In this document: positions 38,933 through 50,900 of the stretch, piece by piece | Position numbering within the stretch: position 1 is the stretch's first letter | Layout: every line of letters starts with the position of its first letter | Origin: Phoronis australis | Lineage: Eukaryota; Animalia; Phoronida | Reading direction: 5' to 3' | NCBI GenBank assembly: GCA_002633005.1 | Contig: NMRA01000225.1 | Location: 591,115 to 655,114 of the forward strand | DNA length: 64,000 bases | The notes under the pieces: model-generated | What the model was told of the DNA's origin: nothing | The model's database searches: none | The model's input: only the letters and a program-made list of their open reading frames with translations | Program-made: the position numbers and the translations under genes

Positions 38933-41900
38933 AGCCGGGGGGGGGNGGGGGGGGTTGACAGAAGAAGAACCAGAGTTTGAATAAGTTGTCAGTTAGATTG
39001 GCACCTTTCTTTCCCCGATAATGATAGGGATGAATATCGATGAAAACTAATCCAGAATTGAGATCCGCCTTTGTTTACATTTTCTTACCATCTGCCTCAC
39101 ACTTCCTACCTTATAATTTTGTTCCTTCTACTACTCCTTCAGATTTAAATATCCATCACTAATTTAGAGCACTTATTAACGAAACGACCCAGGTTTTTGT
39201 ACTCAAGTAGATTTATATTTATCACCAGATGGCGCTGTAATTAAAGAAATGTACACAAAAATGTTCAACATAAAACGTATTTTTTTCGTTGTGCCAGAAA
39301 CTGAACAAAATTTTGCACTCGCAGGAAAACACCTTATGGAGGCCAAAGGCCATAAAAGTACAAAACTGGTCAAATGAGTACGTTTGCCATTGAACTGTAA
39401 AAGGTCATAAATATAAGTCATGCACGTACGGTTTTTACCTTAGTTTAAAGATTTATGTGTTGGATCAAATAGATTCATAAGGTATTAAAGCTTTTCTGAT
39501 TATAAAAATTAGTGTCTCAAAAGTTCCCGACAAAACACATTTTCTATTCCTTAGGATACATTCCGGTAAAATAACCAAACAAAATACAAATAAATGCTCA
39601 GTTGTAAACGTGTTATTTGCTGTCAACACAGCTTTCCAGATAATTCCTCAGCTAAAATCAACCTTTTAAAGAAAGCTAGTTCAAGACATTTAATATCAAA
39701 TGCTCCGCCATTCTATAACCGCCCAATGTAAAATCCGGAATTACGGGGCCATCCTTTTAACTTTGCTTGCTATGCCTTTATTTTCCCAAATGAAGTTGTA
39801 AAATATTACTCCTAGGTAAATAACCCGATCTGGCGGTGGGGGGAGAAGGAAGAGAAGGTGAACCAATTTTGAAAGTACACTAGACCACTACAGCAATACG
39901 TCCTGGCAGTGGGGAGTTAGAGGTCTCTTAAACCATGTTGTTAAAACATAACAAATTACTAAGAGTTTTTTTCTTGAAATTAAATAATTCAAATCAGGTA
40001 AATTAATATGAAAATTAATTTTCAGAAGTTATCGAGTCGGTGCACCACAAAAGTTTGTTTTCCGTCACATAAGCTTCTTTTAGATTTCGCCATTAGTTAT
40101 TTTTACATGTAAATATGAAAGAATAGTTACCGCGTTAGCAATGATTTCGTTGAGATTGTTTTTACCTGAAGAAATGCAATAAAAATTATTGAGAACAGAT
40201 GCGTTAGGGTTCGATTCTCAGGTACTCGACTTGGTAACTCTGAACCGTGGCCCTGCGAGTCGTGATGTCGGACAAAAGATCTCGACAGGACTTTAGCATT
40301 TAAAGCTTTTCTTCTTCTAAATCCGATTTTGCTTGGACTATTGTCAGTTGTCATGATGGAAACAAAGCTGTTCATACTCGTTTCGTTAGATCATGGTTAA
40401 AAAACAAAGTATTTGAAAATTGTTTATGTATTGTACTGTCAGAAGAATAGTGGCCATATTGTAATATCTCAGCAGTTAAATTTACTTAAGATACAGAATT
40501 GATCTGGTTTCAAATATAATGTATTCACAGACTTATTAGTATTTATTAATTTTTGCTACCAGTGTACACTGATGATTTTGTTCTCTTATATCAGACTTGT
40601 GCGATGGTTAAAAAATAGTAATGGTAAACTATTAGATTTCAGATAAATTCTTTGAATCTGAGGCTTGACAAAACATAACGGTTCCCAAACTTAAAGCAAA
40701 AGTGTAATTTTTCTGTTAGAATTTCACATTTAATCACTTGCATCCTTTGTTTACAGCTAGTCGAAAAAATAAAGACTTGAAAAAGCAATATAATTGTCAA
40801 AATAAATTACTTTTTTAAAAGGTGGACTCCTATGAGTCATCTCTGTGAGTAGAATAATCATTTCAATACCTCTCCATCCTAGCTATGGATGCGAGGTCTG
40901 TATGCGTGCGTGTTTCTACGCGTGTGTTGTTAATTTTGTCTGCCAACACCAATTTGGCTATAACACTATAACGTAAACACACTAACGGCAACACGGACAT
41001 AGCCTTTTCCTTCCTCTTATTGTTTCACTTTTGAAAATGCTTAGTGCGGGAAGAGGAAGCGTTTGCTAAAAATTCCATTGGGTCGAATTGAATAAAAGTG
41101 GCGAAGTAACGCCTCGTGTAACACTAACCAATGTCTGGGAGCTTTTGGACAAATCGACCAGCGATATAAGAACGCGTGCTTACCTTAATGGCATCCTCGA
41201 GCCGCTTGACAACGCAGTAAGAATGACGCATGTGAATGACTGGTGTAAATAAGTCCATCAGCTCCTTGCCAAAACGAGCGTCGTCTCCGCTCTCAGCTGT
41301 AAAGTGCCGCCCATCTAACAAAGTAATAAGTGTTTGCGACTCACTGGGCTTTTGAACTTTTGGGTTTGAGAAGGATCGATAAATTAGACGTCGCAGCAGT
41401 GCTATGACCTTTGACAAGTCGGCTGGAGTGTTCTTTAGTCGACTTTGAAAGTCTCTTTCGTCTGCTTCACTCAATGATTTTCGGTATTTGTCAGGAAGTT
41501 TGTTTTCTGACTTTTGGCACAGCAGTTCTTCAAGCAAGTCGTAGATTGATACCAGGTGACATAACTTTGACATTTCTGAGGGTTGCGGAAGTAAATCTTG
41601 CGGAAATTCCTTACCCATTGCAGAATACCATTTGTCAGCAAAATCTACTATAGCTGTGTTAGAGGTTTGTTGTGACCCGCCTGTCCTGTCTAACATGTCT
41701 AAGATAATGTCCAAATTAACTTTCAACTTCTCAGTGTGATTGGCACTTCTTTCGTTTCCTTTGGTCAAGTGTTCTTTGGCAGAATTTGGCAATTGCTCTT
41801 GTGGAAACATCTTTGCCACACGAGCCAACGTGGCAGAGCTCAAGAGAAAGTCATGAGCATAGGAAAAGAAGGGAAAACTGTCGTCCAAAATGAGATGGGC

Positions 41901-44900
41901 TTTCTCAAAGATCAAGCGGTTAGACGCTTCCATTTCTATTGCTGTGAAGTCAAACTGCAATTCATACCCTTTTCCATGAGCAGTGTTAAATTGGGTAAAT
42001 TTTAAAAATTCTTGGAGGTGGCTGAAGGAATAATCAATCACTTGGACTGGTTTTGTTTCATGAACTGGGACACATGGCAAGGCTGCTGCCGATGTGTCAC
42101 GCAGTAAGAAGCTGAGGCCCACACTCTGACCGCCTGCTGCCATCTTTAAAGAATTTTCCAAAAATGTGTTCTGGATGTTGACAAGAGCTTGAATGGCTTT
42201 GAACACAGATGAACCTTCATTGAAAGCAACACATTCCTGGACGCTCGATTCCTGATGAAGCATGGGAAGGCACGGAAACAGATGGTTATTTCGTTCCTCC
42301 GCAAGCTGGCGCAGTTCGCTCCAAGAATCAGTGAATTTAGTCAACATTTTCTTCAATTTCGCCCGTTCCTTTTCCTTGCTATGACTATTTACGAATTGCA
42401 GAATTGTATCGTTGGAATGCTCTCTTGTAAGTGTTCGATTTTGACAGCTTACGACGAAGCCCTGCCAATTTACAATCGGTAACAAAAACTTTAAAAGTTG
42501 GAGATCGTCCACAGCCGATATCATGAGCTCGAGAAACGGGTTCTCGCTGCGAATCCCATTCAATTTGACTGCACCACACAAACTTTCAACAGTCTTCAAA
42601 GGGGAAAATCTGAAGAGCGGTGACAGCCAGTCATCTTCTAGTTCTTCTAACTGCCACTCGNACAGATGAACCTTCATTGAAAGCAACACATTCCTGGACG
42701 CTCGATTCCTGATGAAGCATGGGAAGGCACGGAAACAGATGATTATTTCGTTCCTCCGCAAGCTGGCGCAGTTCGCTCCAAGAATCAGTGAATTTAGTCA
42801 ACATTTTCTTCAATTTCGCCCGTTCCTTTTCCTTGCTATGACTATTTACGAATTGCAGAATTGTATCGTTGGAATGCTCTCTTGTAAGTGTTCGATTTTG
42901 ACAGCTTACGACGAAGCCCTGCCAATTTACAATCGGTAACAAAAACTTTAAAAGTTGGAGATCGTCCACAGCCGATATCATGAGCTCGAGAAACGGGTTC
43001 TCGCTGCGAATCCCATTCAATTTGACTGCACCACACAAACTTTCAACAGTCTTCAAAGGGGAAAATCTGAAGAGCGGTGACAGCCAGTCATCTTCTAGTT
43101 CTTCTAACTGCCACTCGAACGATTGCTTAGGTGTGCAAATTGTTTGGCGCATGGTGTCATTTATAATGTCATGGCGTCGCTTCACCATTTCACTCACTTC
43201 GCAAGTGAAAATTGCTTCCCATTCTGCCCGTTCCTCGGGTTTTTCAAACGAACATGTGGCCTTGGTCAGAAAGTTTTGCAGCCGGTTCAAGAGAGCGTGC
43301 ATAAAACAACACAAGCGGTGGGATGGTAAAGCAAACATGGTTTCCAAAATATTCCAGAACATCCCGAGTTCCTCTTCGACATAAGCTAACACATCGTCGT
43401 GACTCGTTTCTTTCTGTTCATCTAAACTGCACACGTCCGTGAGATCGTGGCGCGCCAAACCATGCCCACACAGAATTGCTCCGTTCATCAATATTCTGAA
43501 AACAACAAACGATGCAGCTGACATTCCTCGTGGATAACCTGCAGCTGTAGCGTAGCGCCAAAGTTCCAACGTTTGCGTACTCGCCACTGCCTTCCGTTCA
43601 TTGGATTCAATTTCATCACACTCCGGCAAACATTGCAAGTCACCTTTGCATATTGGGCAATGAGGCGTTGCAGCTGCAATTTTGTGCATGCATGTGCATT
43701 GGAAAGTAGCTATATCACATGAAGTGTCTTTGCTAACTTGTTCTTGTGTTGACGGTATGTAAAGGTATTTCAGCCTCGCAGGCTCAAAGAGTGCTTTGGC
43801 AAACAAAGATGTTTTGTCGCTGAATGACGCGATCATACAAAGCAAATGGATCATGACGGAAGAGATGTGAACATCACGGACTGGAACCCCTGGATACAAA
43901 TTAAACATTGGAACCTCAAATTTTCTTTCTTGATACAAATGTGGCAAGGTGTTCTTGACGACGTCGGGAAATTTCTCCAAATGCTCAGTGATTAATATTC
44001 CCGACTCTTTCTCAGTGGTGTTTAACTCGCGACGTCCAGATACAAGATATAAATCATCAACAACAACAGACATTAATGCGAATGTCTTCTCCTCGGATTT
44101 GATAGCCTCATTGGTGAAATCTGTTATTGCTTTCTTGTCGCCATTTAGAAGTGCACGAAGGGCCGCGCGTGCATTGTCATATTCATTTATCATGGGCATC
44201 ACTCTGAAACCAATTGGGTTGGTTAGTTCATCTTCCGTCCATGGACCACCTCGAAGACCAGGTATGTTGCGAGAACACTGCTTCACAGCAATGACAGTCT
44301 GTTGCATACCCATGCTGCTGTGCATGTGTTTCAAAAGGAAAAGTTTGACGTCTCCTTTTCTTAAATGCGTGCTAGCACCTTCTGATGACAGCTCAAGTAT
44401 TGATGACAGTTGCTGGAACGAGTAGTTTGTATCAGATGGGTGAGAAGATTCAGAATCCCGTATAAGCACACTGGCACGCCTCAGATAAAATTTCAGAAAG
44501 GATGTAGCGACAATAAGCCTCAGGCACATTGAGTTTTCAGTCTGGAATATACTGAAAACTTGCTTGACCAGGTCGTCGATTAGGTCATTTTGAGTAAAAC
44601 ATTCTTCAACAATGTCACAAGTAAGCACAGCTAGTGATGGGTTATTGGCGGTCACACATCGTACTATTGTTTCTTCAAGTTTGTGCAAATTCGGATAACT
44701 CTCTAAAGGCCCACCATTGAGAATGTCGGCAAGGAGAGCTGAGTTATTGAGAAGTTCCTCCCTCCACACTCTATCAACTAGTGTGCCAAAGTAGCGCAAT
44801 TCCTTGTCAATCACTTCCCCTTGAGCTATTCTTTCCAAGAATGTTCCTAGTGCAGCGCATACCCCTTCACCTTGATAGCAGTCGAAGCATCTACCCAAGT

Positions 44901-47900
44901 AAAGGCATATAAATTTTTGCATGTCGTCTTGGGGAACTTTCTTCGTATTCACCAAATCCTCTGACAAATTAATGATGTAGTCGAACATCGACCTGGACTG
45001 CAGGTGGTCAAAATCATCGAGGCCGCATTTTATCAAACCGCAAATGAGCTCATCATCCAATGAATGCGGTATCTGAATGTTCACCGCAAAGTCGTTACAA
45101 ATGCGCAATAATTGCAATGCATTTGACCCCGAAGAAACTTGGGAAGCGACAAACAAGACAAGGTTGGATTTATATTGCCAATTCACAACACCACCGCAGG
45201 CTTGTATAACGTTCTCATTCGGCAGCAACTCCAAGCAGGCCATTTCCACAAGATGGTCTTCTGGCGAAGTCTGCCACCTCTGTCCTTCAGCTGCCTTGTT
45301 CCTATGGTCGTCTTCAACTTCTTTGGAACCATTGCTGGATTTTGATTGATTTTGCAAGTCCTCTTCAGTTGCAGGGATTTCTTCTTCTTCTAATGACGCA
45401 GACACTCGATCTTCGACGCCTTTCCCATAATTTTCAGGTTCCGCTCTATGTTCAGTTGCACGCTGTTGGGAAATATTGTCACACACAGCACTTTCGGGTT
45501 GATTTAAAACAAACTCGCGTAGTTTGTCAATACTGGCAACCTGTTTACACTCTGAAATAAGGCGAACAACGTGGTGAACTGTGGACCCACGAACCCAGTA
45601 ATTTGTGACAAGCTGAATAACCTGTTGAACCGGTGAGAGACTCACATGTTGTTGGTCAAGATTTATTGCCCATTTGGCGAACAGTATCTGTTCGTCTGTA
45701 GTCAACACACTCGCGTGTTCTGCAGTGACGATACGACAAAAATCCTCCAGAAAGTCGACACATCCTTGGTCTTCAATGTATCGCTGAAATTCCAATGGAA
45801 CATTATCGAAAATAATGTCACACATCTTCATTTGGAGTGTGGCATACGCACCTGGTAAAATGTCTCCGTTTTCATCCAAGTTGTTTTCATCTTGAAGATG
45901 GTTTCGATACCCTTGCAAAAATTCACTCTTCTTTTCAAAGACAGTTTTAACAAGAAGTGGGCTGAATGGAAAGTGCAGGTCTTTCAGGACACCCTTGAAC
46001 TTGTATTTTACAACCTGGTGAATTGAAGTTAAATCTTCAATTGGAAACAAGAGGGGGTTTAAGAAAACGTTTTTCCAGAAGAGTTTGTGCTTCTGGTAGC
46101 TTGTCCACGCGCCAAAACACTCCAGTTTGAAGACGATCTTTGCTAGAGGTTCACGCACCTTTTCCTCTAGAAAGTACATGAAAGCTTCCACAGTGGTGGC
46201 ACTGTTCAGTATACTGTACGTGTTGCACGCCAACTGCACTTGCCAGCAATTGGGTGAAAACTTCGCCGTCGCTGTACCGATGCCATAATTCTCTTGAACC
46301 CAAAGAATTACACGCTGCGCAATACATGACTTCATGACGGGATCATTGACTTGTTTAATGACGTGACTCACGCTTTCCATAGAGCGAGGTTTACCGGAGT
46401 ATTCAATGCAGGAAAATGCCCACATTAGATTGTCTAATATCATTTTGTCGAAGTCAACTATCGAATCATCTTTCAAGATGGATGCCACATCTCTTCCGAG
46501 CAAGGAAGGCATACAGATCCGTTGACTTTCCAGTGAATCAATGTAGACAAATTTCCAGTTACACAAAAAGTTTATCTGCCAGCAAGCTCCAATCTCTCTT
46601 TCAAGGTGGATTAAGATCAAAACGTGCTTCTGCACACCACTGCTTCTCTGCTTGAAAACAACACGCTGTTTGTCAATGAGGGATTTGGCCAAAAGCATGT
46701 GAGAGTTGTCAAAAGAAGGTTTGCACTGAAGGACTAAAAGTTCACAGTTGTTCTCAGTCCAAAAGGTTTGGATTCTGCTTTCCAGCTGTTTTTCTGACCG
46801 GAAAACGCTCAATTTCTCTATCTGGCATGTTACTCTTGTATTTTCTTCGACATTAAACGTGACGTTAGATCGCGTTTGGATTACTATTTGCGCCCCAACA
46901 TCGTCTGATGACCAATGACGCCAATTTGAAAGCACGTCATCAAGAAAGTACCTAAGTCCCTTGTGAATGGGTAGATCAAAGTAGCTTTCCTGCCAGAAAA
47001 TCAATTCTTCATCATTCTCATCAGCAGCATCCGACATGGACGCCCTCAACATTCCATCCGGAGAGAACAACCACATCAACTTCTGCTTACACAGTTTGAG
47101 CACCTCATTATGAATGTCCTCTTGGAAGCGTTCATCAGGTGCACCAGGCCACAGATGGAGAACAAGCGATGACAAAAAGTCATTGGAATAAGCAGAGTAG
47201 CCCTTTATAGTACTTGAGACATCAAATGTGTCCTTGTAGTCTGCCACTGAAGATACCTGTTGAACCCAGTCTGCCAGCGAATCCCTCACAGCTTTCTGCT
47301 TGTCCGTTAGAATGTCCTTAAATGTCAGAAGTTGTTTCTCGAATCTGTTCAAAAAAGGTGGATCAGAGTAGTCCACTTTGTTGATGTCAACCAATACAAT
47401 ACACCTGAAGTCACCGTGTACATAGCACATTGGGTTGCTGTAAGGTCCCAGGGCGATTCGACAGTGTTTTCGTCGCTTACTCCCAACATATGAGTAGTTC
47501 TGGTTCAGCATGTCGTAGAGACTGCCGTATATGTTTTCCAAGTCTTTAAGAATAAGTATAACGCCTCTTTCCATGCACAGTATAATCTTGCTCAGAATTC
47601 TGTAGTTGTAATCTTCACTGATGTCTTCTTCGAATCGGCTACCAAAAATAATTTCGTGCTCTCGACTTTGTAAATTAACAAAGTTTTCTAAGATCCCAAG
47701 AGCAGAGTCACCATGAGTGATGAGCATCAAGTGTCGAGCACCCTTGTCATTGACATTTTCCAACACGAGTTCTTTCACAGGAATGTAGACGTTGTCTATA
47801 CTGTGTGCGTACGCAATAGATAAGAAATGCCTTACTATGGTGTGCGTGCCGGTCGTATGGCCACCAAAGTTCCGATATAATCCTCTAGTCAAGTCTTGAG

Positions 47901-50900
47901 AAGAAACGTCTCCTGATATGGTGCACAAGTATTTGATCAAAGAGTAGTAATCTCGAAGTCCATGAAAGTTGCTATGTGTTTGTGACTTTTGGTACTGAAA
48001 GTATGCTTTTGAAATACTTTCGAGTTGATCGATGGATAACAGGTACGTAGGTGTCTGCGCATCGAAGAAAGTGGTCTCTTCAACTTTTGTTGAAATAGAT
48101 AAGGCAGTTTCATACAACTCCTGTTCGTCAGGTTCTGGGCGAGACAGATAGATTGCTCGATTCATTTTGGCTGCATCTAAAGCCCAGTTGGAAATTCCTA
48201 TGACGGCGACATCTGGAGTCTTCTTCCCTGCAGGCTCTAAAAGACTGTGTAGGACTTTTAATGGGTTAAATGCAGACTGTTCAGCCAATCCTATCTCATC
48301 TAATAACACTACGGGTAACACGTCTTCTTCTTTGTTGCTCTCTTTGTAACGCACTGCTTTGTTAAATACTTTGATGATACCCTCGGAGGTTGACGACTCA
48401 GAGCCTTGGTGAGAGACAATGTAAAGCTGGGGCAACATTTTAAAGAATTTGTCACGAGAATCACGTCCGCGCAAGTTACTCTTCAAAAGCTGCACTGATA
48501 AAGATTTGCTGCATCCAGGTTTTCCAACAACGAAAATGGGAATCTTGTTAAGTATGCAAACAAGTATTACAAACACGTTCTCACGCAATGCAATGTTCTT
48601 TGCTGTGCTTTCTGGGAGATCCATTTTATTGAGGAGGTCCTCTTGCTCATGTCGTATTATGTTCTTAAATTTCCAATCATCAACAAGTTCCTCATGCATC
48701 TGTAATATGCGAACCATTTCCTTACAATACTCTCCCCGTTCCTGTGTCACACCTATGCGAGCATTGTAACAATGTGCCAACGATAAGACAATGGATCTCA
48801 GTTTTAATTGATCCTCAGGTAAGAGAATTTCATCAGCCTCACATTTCTTTTTCAAGTACCAAGATTCAAACCAGAGACAGAGTGAAATGCATCTTCTCAC
48901 GTCTCGAAGACTCACACACCAGGGGTTGTTCTCGTACACCCTAATAAAATTCTGAGAAGAAGAAAGTAACTCAATCAACAAGTCTTGTTTCACAGAGAAC
49001 TTTTCCTCCACCATTCTTGCAATGTATTTCCTTTCGTCTCTAGGATCCAGGGAACCAAAATCCCACACATAGTCAATCATTGCCTCGGGAAGAGGGTGAA
49101 CCCTGTACACTAGCTTAGATCGAATGTCCATCTCCACCTTCCCTTCAAGCCCAGACGTAAATATTTGGTCATCACGTCGCGTTTGATAAGGGTTACATGC
49201 GGCCAATAGTGCCAAGTTTGGAGCTAGGTGAATTCCACGACACGTACGGTGGCATAAAAGTTCGTTTATTAGACCTAAATGATCACACGTATTGATTTCA
49301 TCCAGAAATAACCAGAACTGCTTGTCGAGGTTGTTACTTGCCAAGTTGTTGACAGTTGTCACTTCGTCCTTTATTTCTGCTTCTTCTACCCCAGCGTGGA
49401 TGTTGAAAATTGTTAAATTGCATCCAGTTGTTTTCGCCAAATAAGAAATCAAGCTGGTTTTGCCGCAGCCAGTCTCACCCATGATAAGAACTGGGACTCC
49501 AACATTTAACCTTAAGAAAATCAAAACCATTTTTAAGAGATTGTCAGGAGTCAAGGCATAGTTTTGCGGTACCTCTGCAGGTGGGTCCTTAATTGAACGA
49601 ACGATCTTTTCTAGGAGCTCATGAATAAACGCCTGACCAACTGCAGAAAAGTCGGTGAGAGTGCGCTTTATCTGTGTTTCGAACAAGTTGGACACTTGTT
49701 CAGGGACTCGCTCGCGATCTCTGTACAGGGCGGAGAGGGTATTGAAGTCTTTGGAGTGAAAAATAATAAGCAGGTGATTGCTGTCTGCCCACCGTATCAT
49801 TCCCTCTATTCTGTCAACCATCGCACTGGCATCTACGTTTTGTGGATTGCTGAAATATTCAGCAACGTTTGCTTGAGACTCTCTGTAACACTTCACAGAC
49901 CTGTTGGCAAATGAGGTATAAACGTCAATCATTTCCTTCACTAGTATGCTTTTTATGTTGTTTTTGTCAACCATGCTCCTTAAAACGTTGGTCTGAAAGT
50001 ATTGACTTGCAGACAGTTTTCTCAGTTGATCAGCAAAAACATTGAGGAATATTTCAAGCACACTGAATGACAAGTCTTCACTTACGTTGAAGTATTTACG
50101 AAGCAAGATTCGGCAGCAGTTTTCATCAAGCGGGATCACCGCATTAGCTCCTGTTAAACATATGTCAGAAGTGTCGATTGTGCCGGTGTCAATAGCTTGA
50201 AGGTAGTGACAGACAATCTGTACAGGGCTAGTGATTTCGTCAGAGACCAAATAGTTCTCATAATCGTCCCATTTCAAACTGATTCCCTGAAATTGTGTGG
50301 AGACATGCAACGCGTTTTTCAGACCGTTTTTTAAAGTATTGCCAATCTCTATGCAAACATATTTTGTTGGTAATGCGAACCTGTCCGTGCCCGAAGAAGC
50401 AAATCCAAGAACAACAAGCTCAAAAATAAACAAGTCAAGCATGGAAGGATTGTCTACTTCACCAAGGTCTAGGTGCAATAGCGATTCATCGTCGAGGTTG
50501 CAAGATTGCAATCTAGCTATTAACTGGGACTTGTCAAACGGGCCACTGATGGGAAAATGAATCCTCTTCTTGAACAATTTATGAGCCATCTCACAAATGT
50601 ATTCCGTTTTTCCAAGTCCAGGTACTGTAGACGTCACGGAAAAAGTGTTGGGACAAGACGATAGCAGGCATCTCCTAAAGCTTTCCGTGAACATTGGCTG
50701 AACATTGTGAACCATCTTTGAAAATTTGCCTATGATTGGGTGGGAAGACGAACCTTCGCAAATAATACCAAGAGGGAAGTTTGAATCATACGTCTCGTTC
50801 TCGAGGATATCTTTAAGTTGGTCAACTAACACAAACTGAAGATCGTTAGGAAGCAATTCAACGTGTGCCAAACAGAACAAGCTCTCGTCTTCAAAGCTCT

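Noticed and set aside
41124-42761. The 545-aa ORF as a separate gene or a frameshifted pseudogene
   Set aside because: The break is a 456-bp duplicate joined by one N. Removing it restores a single reading frame.
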